From Chloroflexota bacterium (GTDB taxonomy: Bacteria; Chloroflexota; Anaerolineae; Anaerolineales; DRMV01), in NCBI GenBank assembly GCA_011322445.1, contig DRMV01000020.1, forward strand, positions 64,157 through 128,156: a stretch of DNA of 64,000 bases, in the 5' to 3' direction. The notes under the pieces were generated by a model. The model was given only the letters and a program-made list of their open reading frames with translations. It did not search any database and was not told the origin of the DNA. Every line of letters starts with the position of its first letter. Positions within the stretch are counted from its first letter, which is position 1. Shown piece after piece: positions 8,605-19,854 of this stretch. The translations under genes were made by a program, and so were the position numbers.

Positions 8605-9777
8605 TCACCACCTCCGCCGGTAGTAAGCGGTGTGCGGCAGCAAGACGACCTCACGGGTGCGGCACGGGGCGTCGAGACCCAATTTACGCACCACGACGTT
8701 GGCCGTCACTTCAGCCATGCCGCGGGCCGTGGTTGCCTTGCCTCCGGCGATGGTGACAAAGCCCTCGACCCCATCGCGGTCGGCGTGGTCGAAGCATTTG
8801 AAGGTACGGCTGAGTTCGCGGCCGGTGTGCGCGCCACCGGAACCGATCAGCGGCCTTGCCGCCGCCCATGCTGCGCGCATTTTCGCGTTTTTGATCGCCG
8901 GCACCAACACTGCCCCATATTCATACATCAGTTGGATGTGTTCTTTCTTCATCTCCAGGCGGTCAGGGTCTTCCACAACCCACGAGCTGGTGCCGATGAC
9001 CGAAAGGGTGCGTTGAGGCACAATAATGTCGCCATCGCCCGAGCGGTGCATCCGGTTGAGGACCATGTTGTTCCACCGGCCGTACACGGCCACCAACACA
9101 CCCGGGGAAGGCTGTAAGGGCACATGCACGCCTGCCATGGCCGCGATCTTCCCCGACCAGGCCCCGCCAGCGTTGACCACGATGTCGGCGCCAATGGTGT
9201 AGGTTTTTTCGGTCACATGGTCGCGCACCCGGACGCCCACCACGGTCTTGCCTTGCATGAGAAGTTCTTCGACTTCGGTATAGGTTTTGATGACCGCACC
9301 ATTGCTTTGGGCCGTCGCCAAAAAGCGCAGGGGAAGCCGCATGGCATCCATCGTGCCGTCGGGCACTTCCACAGCGGCTTTGACTTCCGGGTTGAGGTTA
9401 GGCTCACGGGCCAGGGCTTCCTGAGGTGTGATTTCTTTATAAGGGATGCCGCAAGTTTCCAACCCCTCAAGGAAGGCCGGGCGGTAGGCCATATCTTCGT
9501 CGGTGATGGCAACAAAGAGGCCGTTGTTGAGTTCAAAGGAACCCGGTGCAATTTTGCGAAGGATGGTGTTTTCCTGGATACATTCTTTGGCGGATTCCTG
9601 GTCTTTGACCGCATAGCGCGCGCCGCTGTGAAGCAGGCCGTGGTGTCGGCCGCTGGTGCCCGAGGTAACCTCGCCGCGCTCCACAACGGTGACCTGCACG
9701 CCGCGCAGGCTCAGATCGTGCGCCAGCGCCGCGCCCGTCGCCCCGCCGCCGATAATGACCACATGGGGTTTGCTCAT
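8605..9777 (-). CDS. FAD-dependent glycerol-3-phosphate dehydrogenase, GlpA-like core without the C-terminal BFD-type 2Fe-2S domain
   Basis: VVIIGGGATGAALAHDLSLRG dinucleotide fold. GRHHGLLHSGARYAV, VPDGTMDAMRL, VVNAGGAWSG and FVTIAGGKATTARGMAE are colinear with E. coli GlpA as recalled from memory. The protein ends at 390 aa, whereas E. coli GlpA is about 540 aa. Confidence 0.8.
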   Translation of the reverse strand: MSKPHVVIIGGGATGAALAHDLSLRGVQVTVVERGEVTSGTSGRHHGLLHSGARYAVKDQESAKECIQENTILRKIAPGSFELNNGLFVAITDEDMAYRPAFLEGLETCGIPYKEITPQEALAREPNLNPEVKAAVEVPDGTMDAMRLPLRFLATAQSNGAVIKTYTEVEELLMQGKTVVGVRVRDHVTEKTYTIGADIVVNAGGAWSGKIAAMAGVHVPLQPSPGVLVAVYGRWNNMVLNRMHRSGDGDIIVPQRTLSVIGTSSWVVEDPDRLEMKKEHIQLMYEYGAVLVPAIKNAKMRAAWAAARPLIGSGGAHTGRELSRTFKCFDHADRDGVEGFVTIAGGKATTARGMAEVTANVVVRKLGLDAPCRTREVVLLPHTAYYRRRW

Positions 9778-9813
9778 ATCAGTGCTCCGGTATGCCTATG
9801 CGCCAGTACCCCC

Positions 9814-9842
9814 GTAGGGGCGACCGCGAGGGCCGCCCCTAC
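9814..9842. repeat. GC-rich REP-like hairpin, GTAGGGGCGACC...GGCCGCCCCTAC
   Basis: Near-perfect 12-bp stem (one A/C mismatch) with loop GCGAG, between glpK and the GlpA-like gene. Related copies at 19814..19838 and 26992..27022. Confidence 0.75.
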
Positions 9843-9860
9843 GGACTGGAGGAGCTGGGT

Positions 9861-11369
<1,509 letters not shown>

Positions 11370-11388
11370 CTCAACACTCCTTTCTTAC

Positions 11389-12027
11389 TCAGGCGTCCGC
11401 ATGGTTCCACACTTCGGCTGCGGACTTAAAGAGCAGATACGAGGAAGTCGCGCCGGGGTCTTGATGTCCGGCGCTGCGCTCGCCCAGGTAGCTGGCACGC
11501 CCTCGACGGGCCACAAGGGGAATGGTGGCTTTCATGCCTTCTTCGGCCGCAGCGGTGGCCTTTTCCAGCGCCGTGTGCAGGTCTTCACCGGCTTCCACGG
11601 CCTTTTGAAGGGCTTCCACTGCGGGGGTGAGAGCGTCCACCATAGTTTTATCGCCAGGCTCTGCTTTGCCGCGCTGTTTGACGCCTTCCAGCGCAGCCTG
11701 GAACATCTTCACGACGTCTTCAGGGCTCAGCGCGTCTTTGTTGCCTACCGCCATCCCCATGCGCATGAAAAGGGTACCATACAAGGGGCCCCCTGCGCCT
11801 CCCACGGTGGACACCAGCACCATCCCCACTTTCTTGAGGATGGTGCCGATGTCCTTGTCTTCCACGGTGGGGAGTTGGGCCATCACAGCCTCAAACCCTC
11901 GCTGCATGTTGATGCCGTGGTCGGCGTCCCCGATGGCAGCATCCAGCTGGGTGAGGTATTCCTTCTGCTCGTCAATGACGTGGGCGTAATGCTTGAGCCA
12001 GTTTAGCACATCGGCTTTGGTTACCAT
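11389..12027 (-). CDS. dhaL: dihydroxyacetone kinase ADP-binding subunit
   Basis: 212 aa. LDAAIGDADHGINMQRGF motif typical of the DhaL/Dak2 domain. Confidence 0.9.
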   Translation of the reverse strand: MVTKADVLNWLKHYAHVIDEQKEYLTQLDAAIGDADHGINMQRGFEAVMAQLPTVEDKDIGTILKKVGMVLVSTVGGAGGPLYGTLFMRMGMAVGNKDALSPEDVVKMFQAALEGVKQRGKAEPGDKTMVDALTPAVEALQKAVEAGEDLHTALEKATAAAEEGMKATIPLVARRGRASYLGERSAGHQDPGATSSYLLFKSAAEVWNHADA

Positions 12028-12061
12028 ACCTCATCTCCCGCGTTCAAGGCATCGGGGTTGA

Positions 12062-13063
12062 TTACATGCCCCACCGGAGGGCTGGCGTCTTCACCGGCGC
12101 GTCCCAGAACTTCAGGAGTTCGTCATCAACTCGCAAGAGGGTAATCGAGGTGCCTGCCATTTCCAGCGAGGTGATGTAGTTGCCGATGAGGTTGCGCTCA
12201 ATCTTGATGCCTTTGGCATCGCAGATTTGCGCCAGGCGGCGATAGACGATGTAGAGTTCGATGAGCGGGGTACCGCCCATGCCGTTGACCATCGCAATGA
12301 CGCGATCGCCGGACTTGAAGGGCAGGTCTTCCAGGATGGCTTCGGCGAGCATATCGACGATTTCGTCGGCGGGTTTGATCTTCATGCGGGTGCGGCCCGG
12401 TTCGCCGTGAATGCCGATGCCGATTTCCATCTCATCGTCGCCAATATCGAAGGTGGGCTTGCCGGCAACCGGCACGGTGCAGGAAGTCAGGGCCATGCCC
12501 ATGCTGCGGCCGTTTTCGTTGACGCGCTTGGCAATTTCAGCCACTTTTGCCAGCGGAAGCCCGGCCTCAGCGGCGGCGCCGGCGATCTTTTCCACAAACA
12601 CCGTCACACCCACACCGCGGCGCCCCTGCGTGTAGAGGCTGTCTTCCACCGCGACGTCGTCGTTGGTGATCACCGTCGCGACTTCAATGCCCTCGCTCTG
12701 CGCCATCTCAGCGGCCATTTCAAAGTTCATCACATCGCCGCTGTAGTTCTTGACGATGTGAAGCACGCCCGCGCCGCCGCTCACGGCCTTGGTGGCTTCA
12801 TAAATCTGATCAGGGGTCGGCGAAGTGAACACTTCACCAGGGCAGGCCGCATCCAGCATGCCAACGCCCACATAGCCGCCGTGCAGGGGCTCGTGCCCGC
12901 TGCCGCCGCCGGAAACCAATGCGACTTTGCCTTTCACCGGCGCATCGGCGCGCACGATGTAGTGAGGGCTAATGTGCACCTTCACCAGGTCGGGGTGCGC
13001 AAGAGCGATGCCTTCCAGTTCTTCTTTTACGACATCTTCGGGCTTGTTAATCAGCTTTTTCAT
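12062..13063 (-). CDS. dhaK: dihydroxyacetone kinase DHA-binding subunit
   Basis: Start re-assigned to [26 protein letters not shown] (ATG 13063). Dak1 domain motifs include [15 protein letters not shown]. Confidence 0.9.
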   Translation of the reverse strand: MKKLINKPEDVVKEELEGIALAHPDLVKVHISPHYIVRADAPVKGKVALVSGGGSGHEPLHGGYVGVGMLDAACPGEVFTSPTPDQIYEATKAVSGGAGVLHIVKNYSGDVMNFEMAAEMAQSEGIEVATVITNDDVAVEDSLYTQGRRGVGVTVFVEKIAGAAAEAGLPLAKVAEIAKRVNENGRSMGMALTSCTVPVAGKPTFDIGDDEMEIGIGIHGEPGRTRMKIKPADEIVDMLAEAILEDLPFKSGDRVIAMVNGMGGTPLIELYIVYRRLAQICDAKGIKIERNLIGNYITSLEMAGTSITLLRVDDELLKFWDAPVKTPALRWGM

Positions 13064-13141
13064 GGGTGTTGCCTCCTTGCAACATGAAGCGGGGGAAAGC
13101 GCGCGGCCTGACGGTCCTGCGCCTTCCCCCGACAAACGACT

Positions 13142-13942
13142 TTACGATTCCTCAGCGGGCAGGAACGGCGTAATGAACCAATCGTAGGTGTACGCGCCCA
13201 ACACGCCACCGACGAGCGGCCCTATGATGGGTGCGACGAGCCAGTACCAGCCATCGAACAAGCCCTTGGTGCCGACCAGGGTACCAAACACACGCGGACC
13301 AAAGTCACGCGCCGGGTTGATGGCGTATCCGCTGGGGCCGCCCAGCGACAAGCCAATGGCGATCACCACGAAGCCAATCAGGAAAGGCCACAGGTTGGCG
13401 CCCACCGGCACGTTCCTGCTGTCGATCAGGGCGTAGATGCCCCAGATCAGCATCGCCGTGCCGATAATCTCTGCCGCCGTCGCATTCCAGAGGGAATAAT
13501 GCCCCACCGCGGCGGCGCCTTGCGCGCTGCCCCAGAAGGCCTTGCCGAACACCGAGCCCCAGCCCGTGCACCAAACGTTCGGCATGCCAGCAGCCTTCAG
13601 GCCGTCATAATAGACAATGTACACGCCCAGGGCGCCCAGGAAAGCGCCAATCACCTGCGCTACCCAGTACACCAGCACCTTCGACCAGGCGAACCCACGC
13701 TTGACAGCCGCCGCCAGGGTCACGGCGGGGTTAATGTGGGCGCCCGTAATGCCGCCGGCCACATACACAGCAACGGCTACGGCCAAACCCCATCCCCAGG
13801 CGATGGTGTTCCAGTCGTAGCCGGGAGCGGCCAGGCGCGGCGCCAAACCAACATTAGCCACTACGCCGTCGCCAAAAAGAATAAGGACAAACGTGCCGAC
13901 GAGTTCGGCAACAAACTCACCCCATAAACCTTTCTCCTTCAT
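13142..13942 (-). CDS. glpF: MIP-family glycerol uptake facilitator / aquaglyceroporin
   Basis: Two NPA boxes (HINPAVTLA, AINPARDFGPR) and six TM helices. Start ATG 13942 (MKEKGLWGEF) lies 8 nt after AAGGAG. Confidence 0.9.
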   Translation of the reverse strand: MKEKGLWGEFVAELVGTFVLILFGDGVVANVGLAPRLAAPGYDWNTIAWGWGLAVAVAVYVAGGITGAHINPAVTLAAAVKRGFAWSKVLVYWVAQVIGAFLGALGVYIVYYDGLKAAGMPNVWCTGWGSVFGKAFWGSAQGAAAVGHYSLWNATAAEIIGTAMLIWGIYALIDSRNVPVGANLWPFLIGFVVIAIGLSLGGPSGYAINPARDFGPRVFGTLVGTKGLFDGWYWLVAPIIGPLVGGVLGAYTYDWFITPFLPAEES

Positions 13943-14137
13943 CTTTTCATCTCCTTGTGAGACGTGGAAAAACGGACGAATAAGAGAAGACAAAACTTGC
14001 AGGAGCGTTTATTCATTTGTCGCTATCTTGGCTGCCCGTCACCTCCTTCCCAGCGCACAAGTTTCACACAGCGGTCACGACGATCATTTCTCCGCGTTCG
14101 CGCACAGATGTGCACGCATTGCACAAATGACACAAAC

Positions 14138-14166
14138 ACTATAGCAAATTTTAAAGGCAATGTCAA
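14138..14166 (-). promoter_or_regulatory. sigma70-type promoter of the glycerol operon
   Basis: In the minus sense it reads TTGACA (14166..14161), a 17-nt spacer, then TATAGT (14143..14138). It sits in the only AT-rich patch of the 400-nt glpF / response-regulator intergenic region and implies a ~190-nt 5' UTR. Confidence 0.55.
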
Positions 14167-14345
14167 TAGGAAAATGCCACAAAATGACATTTTGCCCCTG
14201 CGAATTTTCGTTTCCTGCGTCCCTTGGCAGCAGCATCACTTGCCATGCGAAAGGCGCGCTTAAACCACCTTTCCCCGCAGGCCCGGGGAACCCAACCGCC
14301 CCAACGCCAATGGTACAATCGTTCCATCCCTTTCCCTGGAGCGAA

Positions 14346-15032
14346 ATGATGGACAGAGCCAAAGTATTGGTCGTGGATGACGAGCCCCCTATCGTGCGCG
14401 CCGTTCAAGCCTACCTCGAAAAAGAAGGCTTCCAGGTTTACACCGCGACCGACGGCCCGGGGGCGCTGAAAGCAGCCCGTGCCTTCCGCCCCGACGTCAT
14501 TGTGCTGGATATCATGCTCCCCGGCATGGACGGGCTGGAAGTGCTCACCACCCTGCGGCGGGAATCTGACGTCTACATCATTTTGCTAACCGCGCGCGTG
14601 GACGAAACCGACCGCGTGGTGGGTCTCACGCTGGGGGCCGACGATTATGTCACCAAGCCCTTCAGCCCGCGCGAGTTGGCCGCCCGCATCCGGGCAGCCC
14701 TGCGGCGGCTGGGCAAAACCGGTGAAAACAAATCCTCCCTGCTCTTCCGCGGCTTGCGCATCGACCCATCCGCCCGGCGCGTGTGGCTGCACGACGAAGA
14801 GCTGCACCTCACCCCCCGGGAATTCGAATTGCTCCAGGCCTTAGCCGAACACAACGGCATGGTGCTCAGCCGGGCCCAACTGCTGGAACGCGTCTGGGGC
14901 ACCTACTACGGCGACGACCGCGTGGTCGATGTGCACATTGGCAACCTGCGCCGCAAACTCGGGCCGTTAGGCGCGTGGATTGCCACCGTGCGCGGCGTCG
15001 GTTACCGCTTCGATGGAGAACCTGCCCTATGA
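14346..15032 (+). CDS. OmpR/PhoB-family response regulator
   Basis: Start re-assigned to MMDRAKVLVVDDEPPIV. Receiver domain plus a winged-helix C-terminus (LTPREFELLQALAEH, VRGVGYRF). TGgTACAAT extended -10 at 14311..14319. Confidence 0.9.
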   Translation: MMDRAKVLVVDDEPPIVRAVQAYLEKEGFQVYTATDGPGALKAARAFRPDVIVLDIMLPGMDGLEVLTTLRRESDVYIILLTARVDETDRVVGLTLGADDYVTKPFSPRELAARIRAALRRLGKTGENKSSLLFRGLRIDPSARRVWLHDEELHLTPREFELLQALAEHNGMVLSRAQLLERVWGTYYGDDRVVDVHIGNLRRKLGPLGAWIATVRGVGYRFDGEPAL

Positions 15033-16213
15033 ACCGTCTCTTGGCGTGGTGGCATCGCCACCTGGCTGCTAAACTGTTCCTCGCTCACCTGCTCGTCATC
15101 GCCGTGGGCGGGGTCGTGCTGCTGGCCGCGGGAGAGTCAATCGCGCCCAAAGCCTTCGACCGCCATCTGGCCGCGATGGCGCAAATGATGCAAAGGATGA
15201 TGCGGCACGGCGCCGCCTGGGGGAACACCACCGACCTGAACGCCGACCTCTTTCAAAATTTTCGCGCCGCTCTCAACGAAGCCATGCTCATGGCCATGCT
15301 GGCCGCAGGAAGCCTCGCGGCCGTCGCCAGCTGGTTTGTCAGCCGCCGCATCGTCGCGCCCATCCAGGCCATGTCGCGCGCCAGCCGCCGCATCGCCGAA
15401 GGGCACTACGACGAGCGCGTGAGCGTGCCTTCCCACACCCTGGAACACACCGACGAACTGGGGGAACTGGCCTTAAACTTCAACCGTATGGCCGCTCAAC
15501 TGGCCCACACCGAAGAAGCCCGCCGCCAATGGCTGGCCGACATTTCTCACGAAATGCGCACCCCGCTGGCATCCATCCTTGCTTACGCGGAAGGCCTGCA
15601 AGACGAAGTGCTGCCCCAGGAGCCGGAAACCTATGCCCAAATTGTGCGCGAGGCCCGTCGCCTACAACGGCTGGTTGACGATTTACACGAATTGAGCCGC
15701 CTGGAAGCAGGGGCGTTCACGCTGGAACGCCGGGCCCTGCCGCCCAAACAACTGGTTGACAACATCCTCCAGCGCTTTGCCCCCACGGCAGCCGCCAAAG
15801 GAGTCACACTCGCGGCCGAAGTGCCAGCCCACACCCCCGCTGTGTGGGCCGACGAAGAGCGCATCACCCAAGTGCTCAGCAACCTGGTTGACAACGCCCT
15901 GCGCCATACCCCACCCGGCGGGCAGGTGACTGTGCGCATCGTGCCGCCAAACGCCTCAGACGGGGAAAAGAAGATGGTGCGCTTTGAAGTGCGCGACACA
16001 GGGGAAGGCATTCCCCAGGAACACCTGCCGCATCTGTTCAAGCGCTTTTACCGGGTTGACCCTTCGCGATCGCGCACGCGCGGCGGCAGCGGCATCGGCC
16101 TGACCATCGCGCGCCTGTTGGTGGAAGCCCACGGGGGGCGCATTTGGGCCGAAAGCGGCGGTCAGGGGCAGGGGAGCACTTTTCTCTTCACCCTGCCCGT
16201 GGCAAGCCATTAA
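15029..16213 (+). CDS. sensor histidine kinase (TM-HAMP-HisKA-HATPase)
   Basis: ATGA overlap with the regulator stop. H-box ADISHEMRTPLASI, N-box LVDNALRHT, and G-boxes DTGEGI and GGSGIGLTIA. Confidence 0.9.
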   Translation: MNRLLAWWHRHLAAKLFLAHLLVIAVGGVVLLAAGESIAPKAFDRHLAAMAQMMQRMMRHGAAWGNTTDLNADLFQNFRAALNEAMLMAMLAAGSLAAVASWFVSRRIVAPIQAMSRASRRIAEGHYDERVSVPSHTLEHTDELGELALNFNRMAAQLAHTEEARRQWLADISHEMRTPLASILAYAEGLQDEVLPQEPETYAQIVREARRLQRLVDDLHELSRLEAGAFTLERRALPPKQLVDNILQRFAPTAAAKGVTLAAEVPAHTPAVWADEERITQVLSNLVDNALRHTPPGGQVTVRIVPPNASDGEKKMVRFEVRDTGEGIPQEHLPHLFKRFYRVDPSRSRTRGGSGIGLTIARLLVEAHGGRIWAESGGQGQGSTFLFTLPVASH

Positions 16214-16291
16214 CCTTCCCCTTCAGCCTCCACTTTTCCCCTTGCGCTGCCCCTAACACCTCAGTCCAGGCCTTCCCCCAGGCAAGCAAGC

Positions 16292-17902
16292 TCAGCCCCT
16301 TTGCCGCAGCCACAGAAAGCCATAAGGCCCGAAAGTGTAGGGGGTTCCCCCGCTCAAGGCGCGGTGGGCGAAAAGGTCCATGTATTCGCCCGGGGGCAGG
16401 GTAATGGTTTGGCTTTCGTGGCTCAGGTTGTTGATGATGAACAGGGTTTCACCGCGGTGACGGCGACGATAGGCCGCGATGTGCTCTGCGCCGAAATCTA
16501 CCCAGGCGAGGTCACCCCAGCCCAGGGCCGGGTGGGCTTTGCGCACCGCGATCATCGTGCGGATGGTGTTGAGCAAGGAATGGGGGTCCGCCTGCTGGGC
16601 GGCCACGTTGACCCGCTGGTAACCGTATTCTGGGTCGTCAATCACGGGCAAATAAGGCTGAACATCGGACGCGGTGAAGCCCCCCTGGGGGGCGGCCGTC
16701 CACTGCATGGGGGTGCGCACGCCGTCGCGGTCTTCCAGCCAGATATTGTCGCCCATGCCGATTTCATCACCGTAATAGATGATGGGGGTGCCCGGCAGGG
16801 TGAAGAGCAGGGAATTGGCCAGCGCGATTTTGGCGCGGTTGTTATCCAGCAAGGGGGCCAGGCGGCGGCGGATGCCCAGGTTGAGGCGCATTCGCGGATG
16901 CGGGGCATACTGCGCCCACATCCATTGGCGCTCTTCCTCGGTCACCATTTCCAGGGTGAGTTCGTCGTGGTTGCGTAAAAAAGTGCACCACTGGCAATTG
17001 GGCGGAATAGGCGGGGTGGCTTCCAGAATGCTCACTAAATCGCCGCGTGCTTCCTTTTTAAGGGCCATAAAAATGCGCGGCATGAGAGGAAAATGAAAGG
17101 CCATGTGGAACTCATCACCCGGAACCGAGGAGTCATGAAGGTCCCCGCCGAAGTAAGCGCGCACTGCTTCGGGCGGCTGGTTGGCTTCGCAGAGGAGCAC
17201 GCGCTCGGGGTCGTAGGCATCCACAAAACGGCGCAGGCGCTTGAGGAAGGTGTGGGTTTCGGGCAGGTTTTCGCAGTTGGTGCCTTCCCGCTCGAAAAGG
17301 TAAGGCACCGCGTCGGCTCGGAAGCCATCAAGGCCCATTTCCAGCCAAAAGCGCACCACACGGAGCATTTCTTCCTGCACCGCGGGGTTGTCGTAGTTCA
17401 AGTCGGGCTGGCAACTGTAAAACCGGTGCCAGTAATATTGCCCGGCTACCGGGTCCCAGGCCCAGTTGGATTTTTCGGTATCCAGAAAGATAATGCGGGC
17501 GTCGCGATATTTCTGGTCGGTATCGCTCCAAACGTAATAATCCCGATAGCGCGAGTGGGGGTTGCGGCGGGCTTCCTGAAACCAGGGGTGCTGGTCGGAG
17601 GTGTGATTGAGCACCAGGTCGGCAATGACCCGCATGCCGCGCTTGTGGGCTTCCCGGATGAGTTGGCGAAAGTCGTCTAAGGTGCCGTAATCGGGATGGA
17701 TGTTGTAGTAATCCGCGATGTCGTAGCCGTCGTCTTTGAGCGGCGAAGGGTAAATCGGCAGCAGCCAGATGCAATCCACCCCAAGCCACTGCAGATAATC
17801 CAGTTTTTGGATAACGCCTTGCAGGTCGCCGCGGCCGTCGTGGTTGCTATCGTAGAATGCCCGGACGTAGAGTTCGTAGAAAACGGCGTTTTTGTACCAC
17901 AT
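16292..17902 (-). CDS. treS: GH13 alpha-amylase-family enzyme, trehalose synthase (maltose alpha-D-glucosyltransferase)-like
   Basis: [60 protein letters not shown] and [11 protein letters not shown] are GH13 regions I-IV with a TreS-type N-terminus. It is the last gene of the sugar ABC operon. Confidence 0.75.
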   Translation of the reverse strand: MWYKNAVFYELYVRAFYDSNHDGRGDLQGVIQKLDYLQWLGVDCIWLLPIYPSPLKDDGYDIADYYNIHPDYGTLDDFRQLIREAHKRGMRVIADLVLNHTSDQHPWFQEARRNPHSRYRDYYVWSDTDQKYRDARIIFLDTEKSNWAWDPVAGQYYWHRFYSCQPDLNYDNPAVQEEMLRVVRFWLEMGLDGFRADAVPYLFEREGTNCENLPETHTFLKRLRRFVDAYDPERVLLCEANQPPEAVRAYFGGDLHDSSVPGDEFHMAFHFPLMPRIFMALKKEARGDLVSILEATPPIPPNCQWCTFLRNHDELTLEMVTEEERQWMWAQYAPHPRMRLNLGIRRRLAPLLDNNRAKIALANSLLFTLPGTPIIYYGDEIGMGDNIWLEDRDGVRTPMQWTAAPQGGFTASDVQPYLPVIDDPEYGYQRVNVAAQQADPHSLLNTIRTMIAVRKAHPALGWGDLAWVDFGAEHIAAYRRRHRGETLFIINNLSHESQTITLPPGEYMDLFAHRALSGGTPYTFGPYGFLWLRQRG

Positions 17903-17911
17903 ATGCCCTCG

Positions 17912-18772
17912 TTAGCCTTTGACCGACCCGGCAAGGATACCACGCACAAAGTAGCGCTGCAAGGCGAGGAAGACCACCAGCGGGAAGGCCATGGAAACAA
18001 AGGCCGCCGCGGTCAGCAGGTGCCAGTTTTGCCCCAGCGAGTTGATCAAACTACTCAGTTTGAGGGTCAGCGGTGCGACCTTTTCTGTGCCGCCGAGGTA
18101 AATCAGGGCCACCAGCAGGTCGTTCCACACCCACAAAAACTGGAAGATAGCCAGCGAGGCCAACGCCGGGATGGAAAGCGGCAGCACCAGTCGGAAGAAC
18201 GCCGTAAAGTCAGAAGCGCCATCCAGATAGGCGGATTCCAGCAAATCGCGCGGCAGGGCACCAAAGAAGTTGCGGAGCAAATAAATAGCAAAGGGCAGGC
18301 CGTAACCAGTGTGGGCCAGCCAAACTCCTAAATAGGTGCCAGCCAGGCCCAAATGGTTGTAAACCTTGAGCAAGGGAATCAGCGTCATTTGGAGCGGCAC
18401 CACCATCAGGCCAACCACAATGCCAAAGAGCGCGTCGCGGCCGCGGAAGTCCATCCAGGCAAAGGCATAGGCCGCGAACGCAGCCACGCTGATGGGGATG
18501 ATCGTCGCGGGAATGGTAATAATCAGGCTGTTGAGGAAGGCCCGCCCCATGCCCTGCGCGGTGAGGATATCAATGTAGTTCTTCAAGGTGAACTGGGTGA
18601 AATCAAAGGGATGGGCGAAAACGGTCCACCACCCCGTGCGCACAACAGCATCGGCGGGGCGCAGGGAACTGACAAACAGGCCGACGGTGGGAATCATCCA
18701 GACCACCGCGGCAGCAATCAAGATCACGTGGAGGGGCAGACGAGAAAGCCAGCGGAGCGCACGGGTCATCAT
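17912..18772 (-). CDS. carbohydrate ABC transporter permease (MalG-like)
   Basis: 286 aa, 6 TM helices, EAA-loop region ESAYLDGASDFTAFFRLVLPL. Confidence 0.9.
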   Translation of the reverse strand: MMTRALRWLSRLPLHVILIAAAVVWMIPTVGLFVSSLRPADAVVRTGWWTVFAHPFDFTQFTLKNYIDILTAQGMGRAFLNSLIITIPATIIPISVAAFAAYAFAWMDFRGRDALFGIVVGLMVVPLQMTLIPLLKVYNHLGLAGTYLGVWLAHTGYGLPFAIYLLRNFFGALPRDLLESAYLDGASDFTAFFRLVLPLSIPALASLAIFQFLWVWNDLLVALIYLGGTEKVAPLTLKLSSLINSLGQNWHLLTAAAFVSMAFPLVVFLALQRYFVRGILAGSVKG

Positions 18773-19641
18773 TACATCGCCTCCTGTTCTCGGAAGCGGC
18801 GGTTGTTCACCAGCATCACCGGAACAATAGCCAGCAGGAGAATCACGGCAATTGCGCTGGCCCGGCCGAAGTTATAGTAGTGGAACATCTCTTTGTACAT
18901 GCGATTCGCCATAACTTCGGTGCCGTAATTCCCGTTGGTCATCACATACACAATGTCGAAGACCTTGAGGACGTTGATGATCATGGTGGTGACCACCACG
19001 GCCAGGGTGGGCTTCATCAGGGGCAGCACGATTTTCCAAAAGATAATCCACTCATTCGCGCCGTCCACCCTGGCGGCTTCCAGCAGCTCTTTGGGAATGT
19101 TCTTGTAAGCCGCGGAAAGGATGACCATGTTGAAACCCGTCCAGATCCAGACCCCCACGGCGATGAGCGCAAAGTTGTTGATGGCACGATTGGTCAGCCA
19201 GCCCACGGGATGATGATGCAACAGTTCCACCCAAATGGCGTTGAGCACGCCAATTTGAGGCACGTGGATAGGGCGATAGGCGTACATGAACAGCCAAATG
19301 ACACCAGCGCCCACAAAGGAAATCGCCATCGGCAGGAAGATAGCCGACTTGACAATCGATTCATAGCGCACCCGGTCGGCCATCACAGCCAGCACAAGCC
19401 CAAGGCCAACGGTCGCGCTGGTGAAGACCACAATCCACAACAAGTTGTTGCGGAAAGCAACGTGCATTGCGTTAGAAGTGAATACCCATTTGTAGTTTTC
19501 CAGCCCTACAAAGTGCTCTGAATGGGCATCCAGGAAACTGTAATAGGCCGTTGCCAGCGTAGGATAAACCAGGTAAGCCGTCACGATGAGCAACGCTGGG
19601 GCGAGATACAGCCAAGCCACCCACGACTTTCGCCAGTGCAT
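18772..19641 (-). CDS. carbohydrate ABC transporter permease (MalF-like)
   Basis: 289 aa, EAA loop EAARVDGANEWIIFWKIVLPL. 1-nt overlap with the downstream permease gene. Confidence 0.9.
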   Translation of the reverse strand: MHWRKSWVAWLYLAPALLIVTAYLVYPTLATAYYSFLDAHSEHFVGLENYKWVFTSNAMHVAFRNNLLWIVVFTSATVGLGLVLAVMADRVRYESIVKSAIFLPMAISFVGAGVIWLFMYAYRPIHVPQIGVLNAIWVELLHHHPVGWLTNRAINNFALIAVGVWIWTGFNMVILSAAYKNIPKELLEAARVDGANEWIIFWKIVLPLMKPTLAVVVTTMIINVLKVFDIVYVMTNGNYGTEVMANRMYKEMFHYYNFGRASAIAVILLLAIVPVMLVNNRRFREQEAM

Positions 19642-19807
19642 GGATCTCTCCTCAAATGGCGCCGTTCAAAACGAGCGTTGAGACACACCCTCCCCCGAAG
19701 CCGCCCGCGCTGCTTTCCCCGAATGGGGAAGGAAGAAAGATGGGGGTTGAGGCAGGTGGGGCTTTGCCGGAGGGCGGCGCACAGACCGCCTTCCGGCCAC
19801 CACCGGC

Positions 19808-19838
19808 AAAAAAGGGGCGACCCCCGCGGGGCCGCCCC
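19808..19838 (-). terminator. intrinsic terminator/attenuator between the binding-protein gene and the permease genes; member of the GGGGCGACC hairpin family
   Basis: The minus sense reads GGGGCGGCCCCGCGGGGGTCGCCCC followed by TTTTTT. The stem is 10 bp of GC pairs with one A/C mismatch. Confidence 0.65.
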
Positions 19839-19854
19839 TTCGGGTTTCAAGGCG

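Noticed and set aside
13940-14017. 25-codon upstream ORF (MNKRSCKFCLLLFVRFSTSHKEMKR) in the glpF leader, whose TGA overlaps the glpF ATG
   Set aside because: The nearest SD-like GGAGGT lies about 24 nt from its ATG, which is too far, and nothing else supports it. It is kept only as a possibility inside the leader finding.
14160-14345. N-terminal extension of the response regulator ORF (290 aa in the track); also 14783..15028 for the kinase and 13064..13135 for dhaK
   Set aside because: The extensions lack homology to the families and run through the promoter region or the upstream gene. Internal starts with an SD or an ATGA overlap give canonical N-termini.
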